The notes beneath the pieces were generated by a model. It had not been told where the DNA came from and searched no databases. It saw nothing but the letters and a program-made list of their open reading frames with translations. A stretch of 64,000 nt of DNA. Source: Octopus sinensis (Eukaryota). Below are positions 1-11,856 of the stretch, piece after piece. Positions within the stretch are counted from its first letter, which is position 1; each line of letters begins with the position of its first letter. The stretch spans positions 52,080,001-52,144,000 of the forward strand of contig NC_043007.1 in assembly GCF_006345805.1 (NCBI RefSeq), given 5' to 3'. The position numbers and the translations under genes are program-made.

Positions 1-261
1 CGTAAAAAGCACCATCCGAACATGGCCAATGCCAGCACCGGTGCCGGTGGCACATAAAAAGCACCAACCGATCGTGGCTGCTACCAGACTCCCCTGGCAC
101 GTAAAAAGCACCCACTACACTCACGGAGTGGTTGGCATTAGGAAGGGCATCCAACTGTAGAAACACTGCCAGATCAGACTGGAGCCTGGTGCAGCCTCCT
201 GGCTTCCCAGACCCTGGTCGAACCGTCCAACCCCTGCTAGCACGGAAAACGGACGTTAAAC

Positions 262-299
<38 letters not shown>
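1..299 (+). mobile_element. 3' UTR of an RTE-clade LINE with (GAT)n tail
   Basis: Internal GTAAAAAGCACC repeats and a ...GGACGTTAAACGATGATGAT end. The same sequence recurs at 7044, 11857, 20022, 20757 and 43935, and follows the RTE ORF at about 51865. Confidence 0.8.
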
Positions 300-300
<1 letters not shown>

Positions 301-345
301 ATACACACATGCATGTGTATATACATATATATATACATACATACA

Positions 346-381
<36 letters not shown>

Positions 382-402
382 TATACATACATATATATAT
401 AC

Positions 403-700
403 ATTATTTTAAGCAGCAGAAAATTCAACAAAATCTGTTACTCTGAGTTTCTCGTTGCCGTTCATCAGACAGTTTTTGCTAGAATGGAACTGATATATCA
501 ATTCAATCTATACTCTTACAAACGCTACACCTTTAAAAAGAAATGGACTTGTTTGATTGGCCCTTTAGAAAAAACGGTCAATCTTCGAGCGATAAACAAA
601 AAGGTCAAAAATATATGTATATATATATAAAAAAACTTATAAAAATTATAAAATCCGAGGAAAAAACCTATTGACGTTAATGAAGACCGTGCAAATTAAT
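403..700 (-). mobile_element. PLE-type 3' terminal fragment abutting (TA)n
   Basis: Carries a hammerhead motif and is homologous to 47385-47660. The left boundary is sharp at the microsatellite; the right boundary is approximate. Confidence 0.55.
435..472 (-). ncRNA. Minimal type I hammerhead ribozyme motif, canonical core
   Basis: Minus strand reads CTGT-CTGATGA-ACGGCAACGA-GAAA-CTCAGAG-TA-ACAG. Stem I is CTGT/ACAG, stem II has a GCAA tetraloop, stem III is ACTCAGAGT, and the cleavage triplet is GUA. Confidence 0.75.
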
Positions 701-1422
701 GCATAGAAATTAAACCTGTTATAAATACTGCAATACATATTTATATTAAAATCTACATATATATATCAACATACACAAAAGGATGCGCGTAAACGCCATA
801 CAGACGTATGAATATGAATCTAAATATACACATAAAAGCATGTGTACATATATTCACGCAAACCGTCTCGCACGCAAGCTAAAATTCATCTATGTAGCAA
901 TTCTCATATACTGAGCAAGGAGGGGGAACGAAAGAAAGGGAAAGAGAGAAAAAGGAACGAAGGAGGGGTGGGGAAAAAACTTGTAACGATGTTATTGGCA
1001 TCTATAGAGACCAGTATACATACACAAGTTTGAATGGATACATATACATACCTTCGTGTATATGTGTGCTTTCACTTACACCTACACAGATACACATGCT
1101 TACAAATACATATGCTTTGCTATACACATACTTATATAAACATTCTAATTTTGACAACATCGCTTTTTTTAAAAAACATTGCTTTTAAAAATGGGTGCAT
1201 TAATAAAAATATATACGAAAGACATATAAAATAAAATATAACATCCTATTTTGGGTCATTTATAAATAATCAAGGTAATATAAATAATCAAGGTAATCCT
1301 ATGCAATACAATAACATGAAAACAAAGTTTGTAGGTTTTTCCTAATATATATGTAGAAACATAAGACTTTGCTATACGGATTAAAAAAAAAAGAAAAATT
1401 TTTAATTTAATAATTTAACATT

Positions 1423-1424
1423 AC

Positions 1425-1455
<31 letters not shown>

Positions 1456-1538
1456 CATACATATATATACATACATACATATACATACATATATATATAT
1501 ACATACATATATATATACATACATATATACATACATAC

Positions 1539-1589
<51 letters not shown>

Positions 1590-1820
1590 CATACATATAC
1601 ATATATACATATACATACATACATAAACATACATACATACATACACATACATACATACATATATATATACATATATATACATACATATATATATATATAC
1701 ATACATATATACATACATACACATATACATACATACACATACATACATACATACATACACATACATACATACATACACACACAATACATTACACACACAT
1801 ACATACATATATATGTATAT

Positions 1821-1852
<32 letters not shown>

Positions 1853-1871
1853 ATATATATAATATATATAC

Positions 1872-1917
<46 letters not shown>

Positions 1918-1935
1918 CTTAAATACATATATATA
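1423..1935. repeat. Compound (TA)n/(TACA)n microsatellite
   Basis: Directly visible; produces spurious Y/I/M/C-rich ORFs. Confidence 0.95.
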
Positions 1936-1936
1936 T

Positions 1937-2400
1937 AAAGGGAAAGTTTACAAAAATAAACAAAAGACGAAGGCAGGTGGTGTACAAACAAACAGATGTA
2001 TTAGTATAACATTCAGGAATAGAAAAAGTCTTTTACGTTTCGAGCCTATGCTCTTCTACAGAAAGATACACAGAAAAAAACAAGGAGAGAAACAAGGAGA
2101 GAAAAAAATGTGTGTAGTAGCTAACGATCTATCATGGCGTCTGATATATACATACATACATACATATACACATGGAGAGAGTAGAAGAGATAGAGAGGAC
2201 AGAATAGGAAGGGGAGCAGAAAGAAAGGAAAGAAAAGAGAAGACAAATGAGACAAAGAAGAGAAGAAGAAGAAAGGAAAGCTGAATAAGTTTGCAGTAGA
2301 GGCCCTAGTTGATCAAAATAGCCCACCACCCACTTTTTCTCCACCAATACAAGGCTGGTATTTTCTTTATTGAAACAAAGGTGCCGCTTGTGGGGCACAA
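1937..2400 (-). mobile_element. PLE-type 3' terminal fragment
   Basis: Homologous to 14720-14890 and 36983-37130; ends in (TA)n and carries a hammerhead-like motif. Right boundary approximate. Confidence 0.55.
2029..2066 (-). ncRNA. Minimal hammerhead-like motif, A6U core variant
   Basis: TCTTT-CTGTAGA-A-GAGC-ATAG-GCTC-GAAA-CG-TA-AAAGA: stem I 5 bp, stem II 4 bp, palindromic stem III ACGT. Confidence 0.6.
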
Positions 2401-2797
2401 AAGGATGTAATTGTAGTAGAGTCAGTTATATAATCTACCATTTATACTTATAGAAAGTACAATAACTATCCCAGTTTAATATACTATTTTACACAGATTA
2501 TTGTTCTCACACTGGTTATCACTCCATACAACTATCTCTTTCTCCCCTTTTCTAGATATCAGCCCCTTCACCAAACACTGTATCTGCCCTTCATTCAAAT
2601 CACTATCTATCAAATTCCATTATTTTTTCTTCATCCACTACCATAAAGAAAAAAATTTGCATAATGTACTCTTTAGATACCTGAATAATGACAGGATAGC
2701 CTAAACTAGAATATCTTTTGATTAAAGATCTGTTTAATCAAGGCTGACTTAGGATTAAACAACAATACAACACTTCTAATATTTATAGCAGTCTTAC

Positions 2798-2917
2798 TAT
2801 TCGCGTAACTTCGATATTTCTTTCCCTTCAGATCGTCTCTTTTTCTCTTTCAGGATCTGTTCTTTCCGATCTCTCTCTTCATTCTCAAGTCTCTTCTGTG
2901 CCAGCAAATCCTGCACC
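2798..2917 (-). CDS. UBXN1: Internal exon of a UBXN1/SAKS1-like p97 cofactor (coiled coil)
   Basis: Acceptor ttttgaatgtag, donor gtaaga, 120 nt, phase 2-2. Encodes VQDLLAQKRLENEERDRKEQILKEKKRRSEGKEISKLRE, resembling the UBXN1 coiled coil, in frame with the 4916-5047 exon. Confidence 0.75.
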
Positions 2918-3042
2918 CTACATTCAAAAGAGAAAAAAAAAAACAAGTTAAAGAAAAAAACAAAGAAAAACAATAGTTTTAAAAACCAAGATTTAGTTTA
3001 TTTTGTATACTTTTCAGAAATTCCCTTCATATAGAACAATGT

Positions 3043-3460
3043 TATCACCATCAGTTTAGTTCCATGTTACCATACTTGCATGGGTTGGATGGAATTGTTG
3101 AGGCAGATTTTCTATGGCTAGATTCCTTACTTGTTGCCAACCTTCACCTATTTACAAAGAAGATCATATTTTTGCTTGAGTTGTTTTATGTTCCCATGGA
3201 AGTCAGGAAATGAGGAACACCCCTTGTATGACATTCATTTATAACTATCACATGATATCAACACAAGGAGACACAAACACTCACATAGACCAGCACACAC
3301 AGACATATACATATATGTACATGACAGGCTTCTTTCAGTTTCTATCTACCAAATCAACTCATAAAACTTTGATTGGCCAAGCATTATAGTACAAAATACC
3401 TAGTGCCACACAGACTGAATTCAAAATCACAGTTAGGAAGCAAACATTTTAACCAAACAT
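3043..3460 (-). mobile_element. Degenerate tRNA-headed SINE with RTE-like tail
   Basis: Head and core like the common SINE family; 3' end CCAACCCATGCAAGTATGG...GATG resembles the RTE 3' UTR. Confidence 0.55.
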
Positions 3461-4489
3461 TTTTGGAATTTTACAGATTTAGATGTGATACTGATAAAAG
3501 GATTTCATTTTACCTTGAGGAATTCTATGAATATTGAGAATGGGTCTTGATGCATTCTCGACTTCCAAGAAATAAAAGCTAAGTCTTTCTGAAATTATGC
3601 ACTAATATCTTGAAAAAAAAAGACACATTAGATAATGTGGTCTCAGATGCACTATTTGTGAAAAAAATGTCAAAGGCATTCCAGCCTTTAACACATCTGA
3701 CAACTATATAAATAATGAAAATATTCTCTTTCTTCCCCCACTCTTGCTGCCTGTCCAACCATGTCATCTCTCAACTGTACTCTGCATTCCACTCCTAACT
3801 CATCAACTGTATTATCATTATTATTACTATCCTGCTGGTCTCCCTTACCCTACTTTCCCTAATTCATCTCCTGTCACTTATCCACCACTCTCTATACCCA
3901 CCCTTCAACCCTACACAATCTTTACAGTTTCTGCCTATCTCCCCTTTCCTATTCCCCCATCTCTTGCTTCCCTAAACACTTTTACAAGCCCCCACATACC
4001 AACAAAGACTCCCAGTTCCACTGTCACTACTCATCTCATATCTTGAGAGGCCACCTGGACACCTCAATACCACTGCTTATCTCTTTGCCACTCCTACAGA
4101 TGATTCACCTCCACTCTACTAAATGTGAGTAGTGCCTCTACAACAAGAACCTGCTTGCCCTCCCCACTTGCCACATACTTTAACCACTCATCTCCTAGCA
4201 AGAACCACCTCTGATTCTGCTTCATGTTTCATAGCCTTTTGAGCAGCAGGGTAACTTCACTAGTGCTAGTGGCACTAGAAATGGCATCTAGCCATAGAAA
4301 CCATGCCAAAGCAGACAAAGGAACAAAGTGCAGCTCTTGGACCCAATCAGATCCAATCAAACTGTCCAACGCCTGCCATTATGATGTCTTGGATCATGTT
4401 AATATTTCTGTTGAACATTGGTACAGCAAGACTGTTTCTTAAATGTCTCTCTTTCCTTTCTTAACTTAATTTTCTACAAAAGCATAAGG

Positions 4490-4735
4490 CTCAAATTAAT
4501 GAAAATGGAGGTGAAGAGTAGGTGATTAAATTGATTTCAGTTTAGATTTGCATCTCTGTTTCACTAATTATTTGAGAGAGAGGCATGTTTGGTACTTCAT
4601 TTTATCAACCCTGAACAGATTGAAGGCAAAGTTGACCTCTGCAGGATTTCAACTCAGAATTTAAAGAACTATTACTAAATACTGCAAAAGCATTTTGACC
4701 AATGCTCTCACAATTCTACCAATTTACTGCCTTCT
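4490..4735 (-). mobile_element. tRNA-derived SINE, second family (GGCAGAATCGTTAG... type)
   Basis: Matches the family motif TTCAAATT...GACTTTGCCTTTCATCC...AAGTACC; interrupted by a 53-bp templated insert at 4535-4587. Confidence 0.65.
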
Positions 4736-4915
4736 TTAATTATAATGACAGTCACCATTCTCAGAAATCAAAACTAATTCAAATAATATGAAAAAGGACT
4801 TTATCTAAAAAATTTTTTTTTAAATTATCATAATGAAAGAAATTAAATATTTCATAGAAATGCTTCTAATATCCATATGTCAAGTTATATTAAATAAAGA
4901 TTTAAAAAAAACTAC

Positions 4916-5047
4916 CTTTGAAGTTGTTCCTTCTTGGTTGCCTCATCCAATGGCTTCACCTTGTGTTCACAAGCAGCAAAGTTGGTGTGTTTAGTTCTAG
5001 CCGCATGCATGCTCATTTCATCTTCATTGCGCAGAGGTTTTCCACAG
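4916..5047 (-). CDS. UBXN1: Internal exon of the UBXN1/SAKS1-like gene (C2H2-like zinc finger half)
   Basis: Acceptor tttatgtag, donor AG|gtagtt, 132 nt, phase 2-2. Encodes CGKPLRNEDEMSMHAARTKHTNFAACEHKVKPLDEATKKEQLQR, like the invertebrate UBXN1 CxxC...HAAKxxHxxFSE...KPL motif. Confidence 0.8.
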
Positions 5048-5449
5048 CTACATAAATCCATAAATATACAAACCAAAAGCATGAGGAAGTTCAAATGAGC
5101 ATAACAGAAAGGTAACATGGAAAATAAGCTAAAATCAATGTTAAAGCAATGATGATGATGATTTCTTACACATCAAGAAGGGCCCCACAGTTATTACAAA
5201 GAGGAAATGAGAATACAAGATATTCATGCCTCTCTCTCAAATAATTAGTGAAACATAGATGCAAATCTAAACTGAAAAAAAAAAAAAAATTAGAATGCTA
5301 ACAGAAGCTTCTCTTCTCTATGTTAATAAAGTAAGGATACTAATTGAATCATGGCATGGACTCTCTCACACACACAGCCAATAATGAAAGACAGGGCAAA
5401 GATATAATGGTAATGTTGACCAAGGTCTAGGGATAAGTATTAGAACTTC

Positions 5450-7545
5450 TTGGTGAAGATTCAAGTTGCAAAATAAATGAAAATATAAGGTGTTTATTAA
5501 TTTTAAGAACAACAGGTTATCTCCCTTCGTCTATTTACGGTAAAGAGTTTGGATTAAATGCCAGATAAAACAAATTTAGAAATAGATATTTGGGAGAGAT
5601 ATAATTATTAGTATTATGCAAGCAAAGCATACCGTAGGTATGAATATAAACTATGTGCCAGGTATAATTATATGATCAAGAATATAAAAATATATCTAAT
5701 AGTAGAGTGCTTTAGTAAGAAAAATGTTTTGAAATTGGTGATTGATGTTAGTGTTGGTACATACATATATAGAATGTCTATATATTAGTAATTAAGTGGA
5801 GCATGCAGAAAATATGAGTTTGTGGATGATATGGAAATATATATACATGCATTCTATACAATTATATGTACTTAAGTGGGTGAACTTACAATATTTAGGT
5901 ACATGTATAAGTGTATAATCAAGTATGTGAGGAGATGGTTAATGTGGAAAATGTATGTAGTGCAAAGTAACATTGCAATGGGTATTAGAAAGGTTGTATT
6001 CAGTTGATATAAAATGGTTTGAATTTGGGATTTAAGTATTTTTTTTTAAATGGTATTTAAAAATTATAGATTAAAAATAACTATTAAAGATTAGAAATAA
6101 ATCTTAAAGAGTTAAATAATGTTAAGGGGATAAGAATATGGGTTATAAGTATATCTCTAATAAGAAATGGTATTAAGAGTGGGTTACAAAATGATAAATG
6201 ATATTTAGAGAGTATATAGGTAATACGTATTGAGCAATTGAAACATTAAAAGGCAGGATTTAGATAAAAAAAAGATATGTAATTAAGGTGGAAAGTATGT
6301 ATAATTAGAGTTGTAAGGTCTATATATAATATATAAGGGTATTTATATCAGATATATTATATATTATTATTTTGCCAGAAAGGAAGTAGGGAATTATTTA
6401 TATTTAGAAAAAATATATTTGTGTACATGTAAGCATGTAAGCATTGGGAAAATTTCTGAGATCTATCATTTAGAAGTTTATGCTTAGAAAATAAAATGTT
6501 GTACATCTCATTTAGGCAAAGTGAGCAGGTTTTGGTCAGCGGTTCATACGCATGAGCATTGCTTAAAATTTTCCATTTAATTTTATAAGTTATATTGCTA
6601 TCTTTTAGTTTCCAGATAAATTTACTTAGGCCAGTGCTTTTTCGTTTATTAGCATTTCTAAAGGAGGTCTGATGGTTTGCAAGTCTCGACTTCACATAAC
6701 ACAAGGTTGCTCTGACATAATAGAAATATTTGCCTTCCACTTCAACGGTTGCTTGGTATATTAGGTTTTTATGTTTACAGTAATTCTTAAATTTATATTT
6801 TTCTTTAACCCTGCAATCACAGAAATCATTTAAATAGTTATTAGATGTGTTATTTGTGTCAGTTTTATTGTTCATGTGTTGTCTAGATATATTATGTCTG
6901 GCATTTAAGTTTGTTTGGATATCATTTGTGTTTGTATTTAGAGAGGTGTTATTTCTATTTGTGTAATATGCATCAAGTTATACATTATTAAAAGATGATA
7001 TATGTCTAAATAGAATTATAGTTACTGAAAATCTAATCATATTCATCATCATCATCATCATCATCATCATCGTCGTTTAACGTCCGTTCTCCATGCTAGC
7101 ATGGGTTGGACGGTTCGACCGGGGATCTGGGAAGCCAGAAGGCTGCACCAGGCTCCAGTCTTATCTGGCAGTGTTTCTAACGCCAACCACTCCGTGAGTG
7201 TAGTGGGTGCTTTTTACATGCCACCTGCACAGGTGCCAGGCGAGGCTGGCAACGGCCACGGTCGGATTGGTGTATTTTATGTGCCACCGGCACGGAAGCC
7301 AGACGAGGCGGTGCTGGCATCGGCTACGAGTCGGATAGTGCTTTTTACGTACCACCAGACCTGGCTGGTTCAATTCGATTTCGATTTCGCTTATTATTAA
7401 TTATAGTACTATATTGCTTAGAACTGAAATGTTTAATAATGATTGATCGAATTATTCGGATGACATTAGTCTTTATCTGCTTGCCATAAGTCAGATATTA
7501 TTATTATTTCTTGCTCAGGTATTCCTTGTTGTTTTCATGTGTATA
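5450..7545 (-). mobile_element. 5'-truncated Penelope-like element: linker, GIY-YIG endonuclease and 3' UTR
   Basis: ORF 6357-6875 reads CDCRVKE...NLIYQATV...YYVRAT...RLANHQTSFRN...LSKFIWKLKD...CSLCLNE...CLH. A linker remnant QIKTNVIRII...KHF lies near 7400-7500. Confidence 0.85.
7044..7375 (-). mobile_element. RTE 3' UTR copy inserted in the PLE
   Basis: Reverse complement of the 1-299 family with a (CAT)n tail. Confidence 0.85.
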
Positions 7546-7589
7546 TTTAATATATGGAATATGTATTTGATATATGGAATATATTTCTC

Positions 7590-8830
7590 AAGGAGTGGCT
7601 GTGTTGTAAGTAACTTACTTATCAACCACATGGTTCCAGGTTCAGTCCCACTGCATGGCACCTTGGGCAAGTGTCTTCTACTATAGCCTCAGGCCAACCA
7701 AATCCCTGTGAGTGGGTTTGGCATATGGAAACTGAAAGAAGCCTGTCGTATGTGTATGTGTGTGTGTGTATTTCTGCCATCAAGGTCCTCTACACAGATA
7801 CATCTTCAACCATCTTAACCCCTGATGGAGAAACATCATCTTTCTCGATCGAGGCCGGAATACTGCAGGGAGACACACTCGCCCCATTTCTTTTCATCAT
7901 TGTTGTTGATTATGTGCTACATATGTCAGTTGATACCATCTCTGGCAAGGGCTTTGAAATAAAACCAAGAAGAAGTTCCAGACACCCAGCTGAGTATTTG
8001 ACAGACACTGACTTTGCTGACGACATCGCTCTTATCAGTGATTCTCTCTCCAATGCCCAGTCTCTTTTACAATCTCTTGAACAAGCCTCAAATTGTGTAG
8101 GTCTTTACCTCAATGAGACCAAAACTGAATACATAAACAGTGCCTGTCCAACAGTGATTGCATCATCCACACTCTCAACAGTGCACCTTTAAATATGGTT
8201 TCTGATTATAAATATCTTGGGTCATACATATCATCATCTGGAAAAGACTTTCTAACTAGAAAGGGTATGGCCTGGTCAGCCTGTAATGACATGCATAAGA
8301 TCTGGTCATCAAATCTAAGTAGAGACTTCAAACTTGAAATATTCAAAGCCACAGTCGAACCAATCCTACTATATGGCTCAGAAACCTGGACGTTATCAAA
8401 GAAGCTTGAGAGGCGGTTGGATGGAACCTACACTCGCCTCCTTATGAGAGCTCAAAATCTCTCGTGGAGGCGCCATCCAACTAAAATGCAAATATATGGG
8501 AAATTACCACCCGTGTCATCTCTTGTGAAAGGTAGGAGAGTCCAGTTTGCTGGACATTGTTGTAGAGCTGAAAAAGATATATTTCTACTCTTCTCCTCTG
8601 GAAGCCATCTACTCGCAACACCAGAGGGCGCACACTCTCCTACCCTGATGTAATCTCCAGGGATACAGGCATCCAGCAACAGGACCTCCGTAATGCTATG
8701 ATGGACCGTGAAGTCTGGCGCAACATGGTAAATTCCATTGTCTCGACCACGGTCGAACAATGATGATGATGATGTGTGTGCCTGTCTCCCAACATAACTT
8801 GACAACCGATGCTGGTGTGTTTAAATCCCC
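7590..8830 (+). mobile_element. tRNA-headed SINE split by an RTE insertion
   Basis: Head AGGAGTGGCTGTGTTGTAAG...GGTTCAGTCCCACTG...TTGGGCAAGTGTC at 7590-7770; the body resumes at about 8773. Confidence 0.8.
7771..8772 (+). mobile_element. 5'-truncated RTE-clade LINE, RT C-terminal half, (GAT)n tail
   Basis: GILQGDTLAPFLF, FADD, KTEY, YKYLGS and LLYGSETW motifs across two ORFs (7671-8192, 8195-8653). Confidence 0.9.
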
Positions 8831-8841
8831 ATATATAGGTG

Positions 8842-11140
8842 CAGGAGTGGCTGTGTGGTAAGTAGCTTACTTTCCGCACATGCGCGTTGGTGTTGCTTAT
8901 TACAGTGAACCGTGGTGGACGTGAGTGTGTTGGCTCCATCCAATATTGAACTGAAAGAAAAAAGAACAGCAGCATAAGCTCGTCGAGGTAGGTGGTTTTG
9001 TTTTCGTTTGAGCTGGGTGTAATTTGTCAAATAGTAATTGTTTGTTTGTTGATAAATTTCACCCAGCTCCAAGGCAATTCTGCCCGCTGCTGTTTGTTGT
9101 TTTGTTGTATTGGGAAAAAAGGGGACGTATCCTCTCCCGAACTTACTGGACTTTGCCATTGAAACTTGTTGGATTACCATTGAACCTACGAAGTTGGCCA
9201 GGAGTACCTATTGGCCATTGATGTTTGCTGTGTGAACTATTTTTCTTTTCTCTATCCTTCTGTTTTTTTCATTCTTTTTGGAGCTGTTTTTACATTTCTT
9301 TTGAATTTTATTCATATTTTTTTAACTGACTTGTTTATTTCTTTTTGGACTTTGTTTCTTTTGAATTGACTTTTAACATGGCAAATGCAAAAAGTGCCTT
9401 AGAATGGGAGGTGGTCCCACCTAAGCAATGGATTGAAAGCCTTGAGAGAAGGACGGTGGTACTACGGACCTATTCTAGGTCGCGTGATGCCATCGCCCGC
9501 TTCGACAACGGTATTATTAATAAAGAGCTGGCAAAATATTTGCCAGCTAAAAAATATTATGTAACCAGGGGTGTCAAATACGCCACGGTGTGGCTACTTT
9601 TCAACAATCCTGAGGAGGCTTGCACTGTAGCAGGCTAGCCCCTGGAAGAGGAGGAGATTTTGTTTCTTCCCACATATCGTGAGAAGGTGATAAGGGCCTG
9701 GGTATGTGGTCTTCTCCCGGGCACCAAAGCGGGGTGGATTGCAGATGCCATCCAGCAGGGCCTGGTGGATAGCAAGACCAGGCTTTTAAATACAGAGATA
9801 AAGCCTGCGGTTGAATGGGAGGGTGCAAAGGCAACTTTGACCCTATGGACTCCAGTGCCCACAGGTGAAATGACTTTCCCTGACTTTTTAAAAATGGATG
9901 GCTCAAAGTATCCAGTGATACTTGAGGGTCGCCTCCTCATGTGTCACTCATGCCTGGAGTCAGGCCACATTAAGAAGGACTGCCCCCAGGGCCGTGGTAA
10001 GGTCCCGGAGCAGGGAAAGGTGAAGGTGTCCTCCGCTTTCCCATTGCAGGGAGAAACGGCGGAAGTCGTTGAGGCATTGGCCTCAATGAGAAGGAACAGA
10101 AAGGTGAGCAACAATGGTTGCTCACCAACAGACGTGCAGGTGGCGGGAGAGGAGGAGGATCCGTCCCCGGGTGTGCCGGTGGAGGCTCCGACTCCCGAAC
10201 CCATAAGAAGGAAAAGAGAAGGAAGAGAAACGGGAGACGGTCGGGAGACGGTCGGCAGACAACGCTGTGCCGCCGACTGAATCAGATGCTCCTCCGGTGG
10301 AAGGTGTGCCACCGGAGTGAGAGGCTCTGTCAATGGGAATTGTGCCACTGAAAGAGCGTACTGAGGCCCCTCCCCGTGAGGAGGACATGAAACCCGTCGT
10401 TTTCTATCTCAGGGAAGGGCCTGTCGAGAAGTGCTTGGACGGTCTTCCAGGCCGAGAACGACTGGATTCGGTTTGTATAGACTGTCCAGACTGGCCTCTG
10501 TAGGTAGCTGCGGATGTCATGGAGCTGTTCAAGGTCAAGATTTTCCTTTCCTCTTTCTGGGCCCCGACCTGCCGATGCAGGCTTTCCTACAGGTGGCGTG
10601 TCATTTGCTTGGAGGCTCCGATGAGGAGGATTGATCTTATAGATTGTCTGTATACTGAATAATTTAGTACATATATTTGTAATGGACTATAAAGTCCAAT
10701 AATTGTCGTTTTTGATGGAAAAAAGGAACAATGTTTTAGAGAAGCAGAAAATTGGCGGGCGTTTTCTGCCTTCTCTCATCAATATCATCCTTGTTTCATC
10801 ATTCACCTCATCAATGTATATGTTCAGCCCGCAAGCTGCTCTTTGTAATGCCTTTATGGCAAATCTTAATGAAATAAAGTAGCTGGCTTACCAACCACAT
10901 GGTTTCGGGTGCAGCCACACTGCGTGGAACCTTAGTAAAGTGTCTTCATTTATAGCCTCAGGCTGACCATAGCCTTGTGAGTGGATTTGGCTGATGGAAA
11001 CTGTATGTATGTGTGTGTATATGTTTTTGTATGTATGTATGTGTGTGTGTGTGTGTGTGAATATTTGTCTGCCCAACATCACTTGAAAACTGATACTGGT
11101 GTGTTTACGTCCCTGTAACTTAGCGGTTTGGCCAACTATA
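8842..11140 (+). mobile_element. tRNA-headed SINE split in its head by a Tx1-like element
   Basis: Head at 8842-8872; continues at 10878 with ACCAACCACATGGTTTCGGG. Confidence 0.8.
8873..10877 (+). mobile_element. ORF1-only (HAL1-like) Tx1/L1-type non-autonomous retroelement
   Basis: Disrupted ORF1 at about 9378-10400 with a CHSCLESGHIKKDC knuckle, homologous to ORF1 at 28863-29750. No APE or RT motifs seen. Imperfect 12-bp TSD AGTAGCTTACTT / AGTAGCTGGCTT. Confidence 0.7.
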
Positions 11141-11756
11141 TATATATATCTATATATATCTATATATCTATATCTATATATATCTATATCTATATATATC
11201 TATATCTATATATATCTATATCTATATCTATCTATATCTATATATATCTATATCTATATATGTCTATCTATATATATATCTATATATATATATATATATA
11301 TGTTTATTGTATCGTCTTCTAAGAGTTATACGTTCTTGTCCATGTTGTATTTTTCTACATACCTTAACATATATTCCAGGCGCCCCGTACCCCCCTTATC
11401 ATTAATGTGAACACATATTCTTAATAATGGTACGACTCTCTGTTTGTCTCTCTCTCTCTCTCATTTTTACTTGATCTGTCCCCCTCTCTCTCTCTCTTTT
11501 CTCTCTATTCATCTTCTCTTTCCTATGATCCTTTGGTCTAGTCTTCCACTACCCTCCTATTTCTTGTCTCGCTCTGCACTCACAGGTCATTCTTCGACAC
11601 CCATCCCTTCTCCTCTCTGATTCCTTCTTTCTCTCTCTTCTCTCTCTTTGTTGCGTTTTGTCCCCCTTCTCTCTCTCTCTTCCTTTGCTTCTCTTTCTTT
11701 TCTTTTCCCTCTTCTCTGTCACGTGACTGTTGGCCGAAATCTGCCTTTCAGCTCCT

Positions 11757-11856
11757 NNNNNNNNNNNNNNNNNNNNNNNNNNNNNNNNNNNNNNNNNNNN
11801 NNNNNNNNNNNNNNNNNNNNNNNNNNNNNNNNNNNNNNNNNNNNNNNNNNNNNNNN
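11757..11856. other. Assembly gap (100 N)
   Basis: Exactly 100 N, a typical placeholder of unknown true size. Confidence 0.98.

Noticed and set aside
237-1991. Many ORFs rich in Y/I/M/C/V (also 11099-11410, 14149-15507, 39053-39323, 40250-41006)
   Set aside because: Translations of (TA)/(TG) microsatellites, open in several frames and on both strands.
5460-5580. Ribozyme at the 3' end of the 5450-7545 PLE
   Set aside because: TTATCT/AGATAA could pair, but there is no recognisable core between them.
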